Source: Lytechinus pictus
Lineage: Eukaryota
DNA length: 64,000 bases
NCBI RefSeq assembly: GCF_037042905.1
Contig: NC_087245.1
Location: forward strand, 41,976,001-42,040,000
Direction of reading: 5' to 3'
Of this stretch, positions 1-11,444 are shown piece by piece. A program made the position numbers and the translations under genes. The notes below the pieces were generated by a model. It was not told where the DNA came from and searched no databases. It was given only the letters and a program-made list of their open reading frames with translations. The first letter of the stretch is position 1; every line of letters starts with the position of its first letter.

Positions 1-100
1 GAGAGAATATTATCCACACAAAACATCACAGAAGGCATACACATCCAAATAAACAACCAAACTTTCTCACATTACTGTACACTTGTTTTATCACCTGAAG

Positions 101-2186
101 CAGGGCTCGACACTAGCGCCGGTCCGACGGTCCCAGACCGGTAAAAATCACTGTCGGGCCGGTAGATTTTCAGAAATAGCAAGATTTACTGGTCCGACAA
201 GACCAGTAAGAAAATATCATTGTCGGGCCGGTAATTTTTCCAAAAATAGCAAGATTTATGGGTCCGACATAAACAGTAATAAAAACCATTGTTGGGCCAG
301 TAACTTTTCCAGAAATGGTCAAATTCACTAGTCCAACATAAACATAAAAAATATTCCATGACTCAAATTGCGAACCATTTTCCTCCCGTTAAATTTGGTC
401 ATTCACACACAGAATACACACAGAATGAATCGCATGCAATTTTTACTAGGGTAACATACAGTGTACATATGGCTAGCCAGCCACACAGCCCACATGGTGA
501 ATTTTCTACTGGCTGCACGAACGAAGCTTGGCGAAGCTTGGCAAACCTCTGGCAGAAATCTCTCACAGAACGGTCAAAATTCACATTTCACACTAATGAA
601 AAGCTCTTATAATGTCCATATTTCCAAAAAATTGGGGTAACTGTCATTTGTAAGCAGTAAAAGGAGAAATTTTCACTTCTGTTTTAGTTCAAAGAGATCG
701 GGTTTCGAGTGATATCGTCTGAATACATGATAGCCCCACATATGCATTTGTGTGTGTGTTGATACACTTGGTTTCTTTCGTAGCTATATCTTAATTGAGC
801 CAAAAAGAAACTGATAATTTATTTATGATAGTTTTAGCTTTCTTCCTCTGTTTTCTTTCTATCTTTCTTTCCTTCTTTCTTTTCAATCTTTCTTTAATTT
901 TTTTTGTTACTGTCTTTCTTTTTTAATTATTCTTTGTCTTTCGTTCTTTCATTCTTTCTGTCCTTTTAACATTTTTCTCTATTTCTTTTTCTCTTTCTTT
1001 TTTGATTTCTTTAATTCTTTCTTTTATTCTTGAGTCCATCCATCCTATATTTATCTCTTCTTTCTTTCTTCCTTTCCTTCTTTTTACCCTTTCTTTCCTT
1101 CATTCTTTGTTTCTTTCTTCATTCCATCCATCCTTTCTTTACCATTTCTTGTTTTTTATTTCTTCCTTCTTTCAGCCCTTTCTCTCTTTCTTTCATTCAT
1201 TCCTTCCTTTCTGTTCTTTCTTTTTTCCCTTCATTCCATCTATCCTTTTACATTTTTTTTTTTTTACTGCTTGCTTCCTTTCCTTTCTTCTTTCGTTCTT
1301 TTTTCCCCTCATTCCTTCCTTTCTTTGTCTTTCAGTCTTTTTTTTTTCTTACTTTCATCTATTTTACATTTTCTTTCTTTTTTCTATTGCTTGCTTGCTT
1401 CCTTCCTTCTTTCCTTCTATCTATCATTTTACCTTTCTTTATTTCTTCCTTCTTTCAATACTTTCTTTCTTTTTTCCTTCTTTCCATCTCTCCTTTTACC
1501 CTTTCTTTCTTTTTTATTGCTTCTTTCTGTCTTGTTCTTTCTTTCTATATTGCTTGCTTCATTTCTTTCCTTCTTTCTTTCTTTCCTTCATTCCTTTATT
1601 TCTTCTTTTTCTTTTGTTCTTTCTTTCTTATTTTTGTTCTTTCTTTCCTTCCTTCCTTTCCCTCTTCAGTTCTTTCTTTTTTTCCTTCCTTCACATTTAT
1701 CCTTTCTTTACCCTTTTTCTTCCTTTCTTTCTTTCTTTCTTTCTATCTTTTTTCCTTCTTTCCATCTTTCCTTATACCCTTTCTTTCTTATTTTATTGCT
1801 TCTTTCCTTTTTCATTACTTTCTGTCTTGTTTTTTCTTTCTTTCCTTTTTTTCTTTTGTTCTTTCTTTCTTTCTTTCTTTTTTCCTTCCTTCACATCTAT
1901 CCTTTCTTTACCTTTTATTTGTTCTTCCTTCCTTTCTTTTATTATTTCTTCCTTTGTTTCTTTTTGTCTTGCTTTCTTTTTGTCTTTCATTCCTTCATTT
2001 TTTTTTTGGGGGGGGGTAACAAGAAAGGACAGCAAAATAAACTCACGCCTTTTTTTAATGTTTTCTTTATTTTGGGGACCAGTAGATTTTAGGTTCGGAC
2101 CAGTAAAAAATGGAAAAACTGGGTATCTACTGGTCCGACATGAATAGGTTGGACCAGTACAAAAAAAGGGTTAGTGTGGAGCCCTG
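101..2186. mobile_element. Non-autonomous TIR DNA transposon (hAT/P-like CAGGG termini) with a long internal pyrimidine tract
   Basis: Left end cagggctcgacacta and right end tagtgtggagccctg are inverted repeats. A 7-bp direct repeat cctgaag flanks both ends. Subterminal ggtccgac/gaccagta motifs occur at both ends. Confidence 0.75.
835..2005. repeat. Low-complexity (TTTC/TTCC)-rich polypyrimidine tract
   Basis: About 1.2 kb almost devoid of G. It produces the three overlapping F/S/L-rich spurious ORFs. Confidence 0.95.
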
Positions 2187-2619
2187 CCTGAAGTTTAAAC
2201 TTATTTCAATAAAGTCATTAGTGCTATAATTCAAATAATGTAAAATGTTGTCTTTCTTTAAGTTTGGTATTTTTTTAAATGTATAATGCAGCAACAACAA
2301 ACAAACCCACCAATTGCATAAATAATAATAAGGCAATAAATTGCAAAAAAAAAGATATAACGAACCATAATGCCACATGAATCAGAAGAAGAACCAATTT
2401 CTCTTAAATTTAAGTATTTTAAAATCATTTTGATTCTAATACGATCAAAGACTCATGTATCTGAAGGGAAATACCCTTCAACAAGCGCAATCACCCAAAT
2501 TTCAGTCTGATCAGAGTACCAAGCCCTTGAAAGTGTCAAAATCAAAATCCATATTTCATTGTTCGAAATAAACATGAAATACTCCGAAATTCTGCTTTGC
2601 CCAATTGATCGTGGGCCCG

Positions 2620-2770
2620 GCAGCCGCTGTGCAGCGCCAGATCGACGAGGCTATATCCCTTTAATTGTTGAATGCCAAACAGGGTAGCAGCAACTCCCAT
2701 CTTTTAACGTCTTTTGGTCTGACGCGGCCGGGGTTTGAACCCCGACCTCCCGGTTGTGAGACGGACGCTC
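2620..2770 (-). mobile_element. tRNA-derived SINE fragment
   Basis: The minus strand reads ...gggaggtcggggttcaaaccccggccgcgtcagacc..., a B-box-like tRNA head followed by a SINE-type body. Confidence 0.55.
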
Positions 2771-3679
2771 AGTTGGGTCACAGCGGGTTGGGTCACAGAG
2801 TCACAGATTATCTCAGCAAAAGAAATCTACATGTATGTAAGTAGATCAAAGTCAGTTCATATCCAAAGTTCACATCTTTATTACTTCTTATCATATCCTT
2901 CTATGAATAATTTGCACAATCAATCATAGAGGGCAGTATTCTGATAATCAAACCTAGGTTTAGCTCCAGACTAAACAAGAAATTTAGTTCTATTATTAAT
3001 AACTTCTTCAACATTCGTTTTAAAGACAGGGCCCCCCCCCCCCCACCCACCAAAAAAAAAGTATATTCTCATATTCTTCTCATCTCACAAACACAATCAA
3101 TCTTTGGACAACATTTTGCCAAAGGATCAGAATAGTTTTTACATAGTGATTGAGTAGACAACTAACACTGCATAACATTTAGTTAGCCTAGTGTTAAATA
3201 AACCATGACTGTGAGAATACATCACAGTGTGATTTAAGGAAATTTGTCATGAACATATCGCATCACATGTGACCTGCCACCCCAAAACCAACAATAAGCC
3301 GACCAAAATGAATACTGAGATTTTTAATTGAGCTTGAAAATTCATTTCCTAAGCTTTAAAATGATATATAATTTGTTAAAATTGACCAACAATAACCATT
3401 ACAAGTACTTGATTGAATGCAGAGGAAATTCAGCAAGAGCTAAAAAAATAAGGAGAAAACAAGGTTTGAAGTTTGGGGTTCACTCAAGCATGAGAATACT
3501 TCCTAGCAGTCCAAAAAAGTAGTGTCCAAGAAACTCTTGTATCTTTTCTTTTAGTCAACTTCACGACTTCAAATTCTCACAGTATGAAGAAGAAGAATTG
3601 CTCTTTCAGATAAGACATTTTTTAAATTTTTGGTTTTTGGAGACTAAATTATTATTTTGGCTATTTACAGAGAACCTTA

Positions 3680-4676
3680 CCAGGTGGGTGTTTCATAAAG
3701 CTGTTTGTAAGTTGAGAGAGACTTTAGGAATGACTGGTGATCCTTTATCAGGGGTGTGAGTGGTCAAAAATAAAAAGATCTGAAAAAAGCTGAAGAGTGT
3801 TGAAAAAGTCTGAAATAGAAAGAGCCCCCATACTTTTTGTACAGAGGAAGGCCAAAAATAAGCTGAAATTAAGCTGGAAAAAAAAAAAAAATCTGACATC
3901 AGATAAAAATTCTGAACTCTCACACCCCTGCTTTATTTTGGACAATGGTATATTCATTGGCGATGGTTTAAAGGGGAATCCAACCCAAATAAAAACTTGT
4001 TTTTATAAGGAAAAGAAAAATCAGACAAGTTGACAGGTGAAAGTTTGAACAATATTGGACAAACAACAAGAAAGTTAAGAATTTTTAAAAGTTGTAAATA
4101 TTGGTAATCACTATATCCATGGAGACTTGAAATTGGCCGCATATGGGATGTCATAGTGATGTAAGGCAAGGACTACTCTTCCATGTACTCCAATACATAT
4201 TATGGCTAAAATGTCATTTTTCCCAAATGTTTTATTTCAAATTGTATTTTTCTTTCACGAGGACATAAAACAATATACTACCTGGGCTATATTTAGATTA
4301 CTGCCCCAGGGGAATGGGTACTTAGGAGAAAACCACAAATCCCTGATAATAAAGTACATGGCCTATTGGAAAGTTGTCCTTACCCCTTGTCATAATTTAC
4401 TTACTCATTTGCCAATTTGAATCTACATAGTATTAGTGATCTCAATTTTAAAGCAGCTATAACTTTCTTATTGCTTGTCCGATTTCTTTCAAGCTTTCAC
4501 CATTCTGTTTAATTTATTTTTCTCCTTCCCAACACAACATTTTATGGCCAAGGCTGGATTCCCCTTTAAGCACGTAAGAAAGGTTCACCAGTCATTCTTA
4601 GAGTCGCTCTTAACTTAACTTATCAACAGCTCTTAACTTATCAACAACTTATCAAAAGCTTTATGAAACGGCTGGC
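3680..4676. mobile_element. MITE (gtttcataaagctgtt family) interrupted by nested insertions
   Basis: Ends gtttcataaagct / agctttatgaaac. A near-intact short copy of the same family lies at 48800-48962 and a SINE-interrupted copy at about 13420-13880. Confidence 0.6.
3972..4565. mobile_element. Non-autonomous DNA transposon with TTAA target duplication (Kolobok-like AG termini)
   Basis: ttaa|aggggaatcca ... tggattcccct|ttaa. Confidence 0.7.
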
Positions 4677-4794
4677 GATTTATTGGTGGTTTTTGGGTGG
4701 TAGGTCACATACAAGGTATGCTTTGTCATTATCACATCCATAGTTGGAAAGACATGTTATGTCATCATAGCATCAGGATCTGAATTCAATTTAA

Positions 4795-5368
4795 AGGAGA
4801 ATGAAACCTTTGGAACAAGACTGCTTGTGTGAAAAAAGAAAAATCAAAGAAAAAGATCAACGAAAGTTTGAGAAAAATCGGACAAATAATGAGAAAGTTA
4901 TGAGCATTTTAATATTGCGATCACTAATGCTATGGAGATCCTCACATTGGCAATGCGACAAAGATGTGTGATGTCACTTGTGAACAACTCTCCCCATTAC
5001 TTTAGTATACATTTCACTTTGTATCACATCTATCAGTAGATCATGTGTTCTTTCTATAGGAGGGTATGTAATACAGATTTTTTTAAAGTACATCATGGAT
5101 AAAGAGTTTCTATCACCATAAGAAAAAGGAAAAAGATACATTTTGGGGGTATTTTATAGTCCATCAAAGGGAAAGTTGTTCACACGTGACATCACACATC
5201 CTTGTCGCATTGCCAATGGGAGGATCTCCATAGTATTAGTGATTGCAATATTCAAATGCTCATAACTTTCTCATTATTTGTCCGATTTTTCTCAAACTTT
5301 CTTTGCTCTTATTCTTTGAATTTTCTGTTTCGACACAAGCCTATTTGTTCAAAAGATTTTATTCCCCT
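4795..5368. mobile_element. Non-autonomous DNA transposon with TTAA target duplication and long internal inverted repeats
   Basis: ttaa|aggagaat ... attcccct|ttaa. The arms at about 4860-4990 and 5170-5300 are reverse complements. Confidence 0.7.
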
Positions 5369-6749
5369 TTAAGGTGCATATAGACTTCAAATTCTACATT
5401 TTATATTTACAATACTGGATACAGTCATGCATAAAGAAATTTTGCTTCTTTTCATTTTGAGTCGCATAATGTGACATTATACAGATATTGACTGATGTGG
5501 TGTGTAATATAAACATATTTTGGACTTTTCGGATTTATATTTTCCTTAGGGGTTATATTTTCCTGAAGCGCACAGCATTGAGGGAAAATATGATCACGAG
5601 GGAAAATATAAATCTTTTAGGCGGTGCAAGGATTGTTTTTTTACACACCCCATCAGTCATTATCTGTTATATTAGAAAGCCTTGAATGATGAAGATAGAT
5701 CTAAAGTTAGGTCTACGATGCATGCAGTAGATCAAGACTTGTTTATGATTTTTACAGTGACTGATTGAACAGGTATGAGTAACATTAGTCTAACGTAAGG
5801 TACAGTGAATGACCCTTTTCTAATAAATATCAAGTTTGTTTAGGCCAAGATCTAAGTTAGAGTCCGTCCAGGTCCCAAGGCAGAGCCATGATCAGGTGCA
5901 GATTCTGATCTTACTTTAGGATGAGATAAAAACATGACTAGAGTCTCTCTAGATCTAGATCTGTTAGTCCATGTCAGACTAGATTGCGGCTGTACAGTTG
6001 GTAGTGGTCCTGATCTTTCTGTTGTCGAACCATGTCCAGGACCAAATCTAACTAATGTTTCTGATTAACTTACCTTGTCGTTAGCAGGATTCAATGTCAG
6101 ATTTCTCTAACTTATAAATTTAGACTCTAGCCTAGGCCTAGATCTAGATGATACATGTGGATTTAACATGTTAAAAAGTTAGACCTAGGCCTAGCCCTAG
6201 AGGTCTAGATCTAACTTAGATCTAACTTACGTTAGGCCTAACGTTAGATCTAGATCTACTTACCCAATTTTATCATCCACAAACTGATCTTATTCCTCAT
6301 TGCTCATCAGACATCACCATAAATCTTCGACGTTAGACCAAATCCAGAACCAAAAGATTAAAAACTAATGTTCAGGCTCTAGGCCTAACGTTAAGTTTAA
6401 GGCTAAGCTAAGCCTAAGTTAAGCTTCAGTCCCTATCTGCTATAGTGCTAATCTAAGTTACGTTGGCTCCACTCACAAATACACTACATATCCAGAAATT
6501 GTTAAAGAAATCCCAAGAACCTCAAAAACAACGGTTCTTCCTGTATACACAAATCTAGGCTCCGTTTTTAGTAACTGAAAAAGGCCTAACGTTAAACCTA
6601 AATCGTAGTAGTAGCCTAGGCTCCTAGTCCTACTTCGTCGTCGTCGGATTCACTTAAATTCCGCGGTCCACCCGAGTGTCGATTGATTGCAAATGATCGC
6701 TACTTTAGTCCCACATATGCCATTTCCATTTAATTGATAACATCTAATT

Positions 6750-6920
6750 CACAAGAGGGCACAATACACGTAGAAAAATATTTTCATGGACCGGCTGGTC
6801 AATATATTCATCGAAGTTGGACCGGCTGGGAAAATACACTGATTTCGATCATATCACGTGACGTGCTATGAACCAATCGCGCTTGGCTATCTGTCTTGGC
6901 TATCTAATATAATTGGATGT
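6750..6920. promoter_or_regulatory. Promoter-like segment (E-box TCACGTGA, CCAAT boxes)
   Basis: tcacgtga at about 6854, ccaat at about 6872 and attgg at about 6912 in a locally CpG-rich patch. Minus-strand splice donors lie just downstream, with exon ends at 6477, 6264 and 6074. Confidence 0.35.
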
Positions 6921-7902
6921 TTCTCACCTTACTATAACTGACTGGAATTCGAAAGAATACTCAACTTTTCACTTATGAGACTTTCTTTTTTTTTTTTCCT
7001 TTATCAGAGTAATGGGTCATTAACATGTATAGTAGGTAACACAGTGTTTTTTTCTGCCATATCCGCATATATGATACCACTATTTACATTCATACATCTC
7101 AACACTCACACTCATACAGGTACATGCACATACATGTCCAAACATACTCACAGAAGGCAGGTTAAGTTTGATAAACTAGTTACCCACGCACCCCAGCCTG
7201 AGATATCTCATGCACTGCCTCAAATAACAGACCATCATGCCAATTAAAGAGGGGCTGTTCAAAGTCACATTTCTGTCTACAGCACTTCTGTATATTAATT
7301 TTGATCTCAAAGCCAGCGGGACATGTATTATTGATAATACTGATAAACGTACAAAGGAAAAAAAAAACATAGGGCTGGGGATATTTTTTAGAGTTGGGTG
7401 GGTTACGCCAATATAACTATTTTATTTCTGGCCTCTGCCAAATGATCTGTTTCTTTTAACTCTATACATCAAGTCAATCATTAAGTGGATGTGTGACTCA
7501 ATTGGTGTGATTTTCATGGCAAGTGCCATTTTGGGATGAACAGTTGAACCAATCCCAATTGCTAGTAGGCAAAAGGTTGAAATCAAAGATGTGCATATTC
7601 CAAATATATTTACAGAGTAAAAATTCATAACTGATGTTCTATTTCTTTCTTTCTTTTCTTGGTCACATGTGGGCAAATAAGGGCAAAGCTATGGGCCCTA
7701 ACAGAAACTTGCCCAGAAATATTTTTGTAGAAATGAGATGATACATGGTCCGAGTGAATAACAAATCAATTTGGCCACATGTAGATGATGGAACTCTAAT
7801 AGAATGTAAAACCCCACTTTTGCAGCAAACCCCCCCCCCCCCCGGAATCTACATGTACACTTAATTTTTACATCTCCAAGTAATATACACTACGTCACTA
7901 AC

Positions 7903-10900
7903 CTGTGTTTGCATTTTGCCATCTTGCGCTTGAGCCGTCACATAGTCGACTTCCTGTCTTATTGCTTCTAAACCCTGTTCAAGAATGCAAGCAATGGGTG
8001 AGATAAAGTGGATTAAGACTCAAGAATATATTACAGTCAAAAGTCTTCAGTAACATTATATGCAGAGGCAAACAAAAGAGGTGTGGCCCTATAATTAGCC
8101 CAGTTTTCTGTTAATTAGACACTGTTGTTAACTGTTTCCACTCATACTTCGCACCAATGCACAATCGGTGACACCCAAACTTTGCATTTCACACTCAAAC
8201 AAATCCATTGTATTCATCTTTACCATAATAATACAATATATGTCTAAAATTAGGCATTATTTACCAAATTTCTGATCATTATTCTCCAAATTTCTGATCA
8301 TTATTCTCCATTCTGACTATATATCATATAGTCAGAATGCTTGTAAAATTCTCTACAACTTTTCAGTGAAACATTTCCCATCAAAATGTTGCAGTGAAAA
8401 GTTAAAGCGAGTTGAATTGAGCAAGTACATGATACGTCCCATCTAGGACGGGCGTATAAAAAAAAACTTTTGCCTGAGTACAGTCTCTAGCAGCAGCAGG
8501 CGGCATTTTAGATATGTGTCTTTAATATTTTTGTACTTACCTTAGTATTTGCTGCATTGATGATGGGAGTTATTGTTCCATAGTCAGAAGTCACTGCAAT
8601 ATTTACATCCACGTTGTGGTATCTGAGGCAAAGAAAAACAGAATATTGCAGTGTACGAACGATTGAAATCATTTTCAGACCATCACTTGGAATAATTTCT
8701 GCAACACTACTATCGTTAAGTTACCTGGATCCTGTTTCATAAAGACTTGTTATAGTAACAAATGTAAACTTTCTATAAGTGTGGAAGAGCCGTGGTGTAG
8801 TGGTTCTGACTCTCGCCTTGTAAACAGAGGGTCGTGTATTCGAATCCCACCGCGGTCTGGCGTCCTTTGGCAAGGCGTTAATCCACACTTTGCCACTCTC
8901 GACCCAGGTGCTAAATGGGTACCCGGTAGGATGCGAAAGATATCGTATGTTTGATTTTGCCAGCGCCATAATGAGGCTGCGATGAATGCAAGGAATGCTC
9001 CCCAGGGAGTGGAAATTGTGCACTTTCCGTGCGTGATTGAAATGAATCCAATGACTGGGGTTATAATATGCTGTAACGCGCTTTGAGCCATTCTGTTAAA
9101 AGCGCTTTATAAAAATTGGATATTATTATTATTATAACAAGTTTACCATCAGCCAATCAAATTGAATGATTTCAGTAGCTTTTAACTGTTATTGCAAATT
9201 TAAAATCATAAAAAGTTTTAGAAGACAGGGCCCAGCACTAGCGACCACCTGTGTCTACAAATACTATACATTTGGTTTCTCAGATGATCTTGGTAGGTTT
9301 GCATGGTGGAGTTTATAACGTGGAGTAGGTTTACGGTTCACCATGTGTAATATGAAGAAGGGAAGGAAGTACAGGTAGAAAGATTGAAACGGAAAGACGA
9401 GATAGGATGAAAAGAGAAAATTAGAAGTATTCTTTTCTTGAAAGTGAGTGAAGTCCTGAGAAGGACTGTAAACCACTCTTCACTTCAACCTGCTACCACT
9501 CAAACCATCGCTACTCAAGCCATATTCAGCTCATCTCATCTGGTTTACAGTCCTTTTCGACTAATTGACTGATTGACTGATAATAATTGTGAAGCGCTTT
9601 GAGCAGTTGTAGATTGAAAAAGCGCTACATAAATGCCAATTATTATTATCATTATTATTGCCATGGTACATGTAGATACCATCAGATGGTAAAGATTCCG
9701 TAACATTAACTTTTATGCAACTGGGCCCAGAACTTAATAGAGATGTTCAATGGTAAACTCCTCAAACTTGCAACTTTTGAATTTTGACCTTGCCCCACAT
9801 TTCAAGGCACTGCACCTCCATGTGAACCATAATCATATCGTGTAGGGTATCATTTTAAAGAGAATTAAATGGTCTTTTGATTGATATCAAATATGCATTG
9901 TGTACAACTGGGGGTTGGGAAAAATCAATGGCCAAACTCAGATTTCCAAACTTTTTTTTGAGGAGTTTAGGTAAAAGAACAGTGGTGGTGGTGGTGGTAG
10001 TTGTAGTTGATGTGGTTGTTGTGTTGGTGGTGGCAGTGGTGTGGTGGTGGTGGTAGTACTCACTGCCTGATCTTGTCACCAAACCAAGCTGAGTTGGCAT
10101 CAGGGATCTTCTGACAAGACAACGCAGCAGCCTTGATGACAAATTCATTGAGAGTTATAGGGCTCTCCTCACTAACCATCCTATTCAGACTGCCTTGTAA
10201 CCTGTCACATAAATATAAAGATAAACAGTTTACTCGGGACCCTGTTCCATCTTAAACACTAATCGTCGCCTTCCCGCACAAAGGCCGTTAGTGCGCACTG
10301 GGCATCGCCTTCCCGCGAAAGGGCCGTTAGCGCGGACTGCGCGTCGCCTTCCCGCACAAAGGCCGTTAGCGCGCACTGTTCACTGCACGATAACAGCCCT
10401 TCCGCGGGATGGTGACGTGCAGTGCGCGCTCACGGCCTTTGTACGGGAAGGCAATGCGCAGTACGCGCTAACGGCCTTTGTGCGGGAAGGCGACGACTTA
10501 TAATCAACAATTAATGCAACAATTTTTACGATCAATTTCCTCGTCCAATCTTTACATAGATAGATATATTCATGAAAAGAGCACACATATACAGTGGTGC
10601 TAAATAGTTAGTTAACCCCCACCAGAAAATGCACTCCTTCATGCTGAGTGTTGAATGGAGACAACAACACTACAATGTTTGGTGAGCCAAGAGAAACAAA
10701 CTTCATTGAAAGTAATATCTTGGGCCTATCTTACAAAGAGTTGCGATTGATCCGATAAATCGCAACTATGGAGACAAATCGCAACTATGGAAAGCCAGCA
10801 AAGTCAACATATAAAATGCATGTTTGCTAAAAAAATTCTAGATATGAATGTATATCTATAAATTCATTGATTTCTTGACAATTTGGTGTGTTCTCCTTAG

Positions 10901-11413
10901 TATACAAAGGACATTTTACAAATTTCCTGTATAAAAAATTATGACACTGATGGATTTCCATAGAGTTACGATTGATTGGATCAATCATAACTCTTTATAA
11001 GACGGGGCCCTTATCACTTGACTTCACAATCAACTATCTAAAAGATGGCAGAACCTGAACCGTTTCACTGTATGTTTATCTCCTAGTGGGGTTCACTAAC
11101 TGTGAAGCACCACTGTGCATGTAGGTTGGTAATGCATCTGGTGGTAAGGGATTCTAGCTCATCCCCTCAAATCTCTTTCTCACGCACGTATCACTGCCTA
11201 TCCCTATATAAAGTACACACAGTCTGTGATCTCACACTGATCACAGACGTTCTCACGCATAGCTGGTCTTTGAAGTTGGCCTCTCTGCAAACTGAGTGAC
11301 ACTGTTAACAAGCCATCGACACACTCATTCAAGAAGACCATAGACAGAACCATCTAATCATCCCTGTAACCTCTCTATTCAATGTGTTTATGCCCAATGG
11401 GGCCCTGAATTGT

Positions 11414-11444
<31 letters not shown>

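Noticed and set aside
1002..2147. Three long overlapping F/S/L-rich ORFs
   Set aside because: They are artefacts of a polypyrimidine tract that lacks stop codons inside a transposon.
5690..5765. Possible C/D-box snoRNA (ATGATGA...CTGA)
   Set aside because: There is no terminal stem, no recognisable guide and no plus-strand host gene.
7422..7676. ORF containing CLLAIG as the possible missing DLAT exon
   Set aside because: It has no GGTF/SNLG/NPPQ or DHR motif and no suitable acceptor, so the match is by chance.
8783..8860. tRNA gene-like sequences (also at 11496 and 13479)
   Set aside because: They continue into a shared SINE body and (ATT)n tail, and form no proper cloverleaf.
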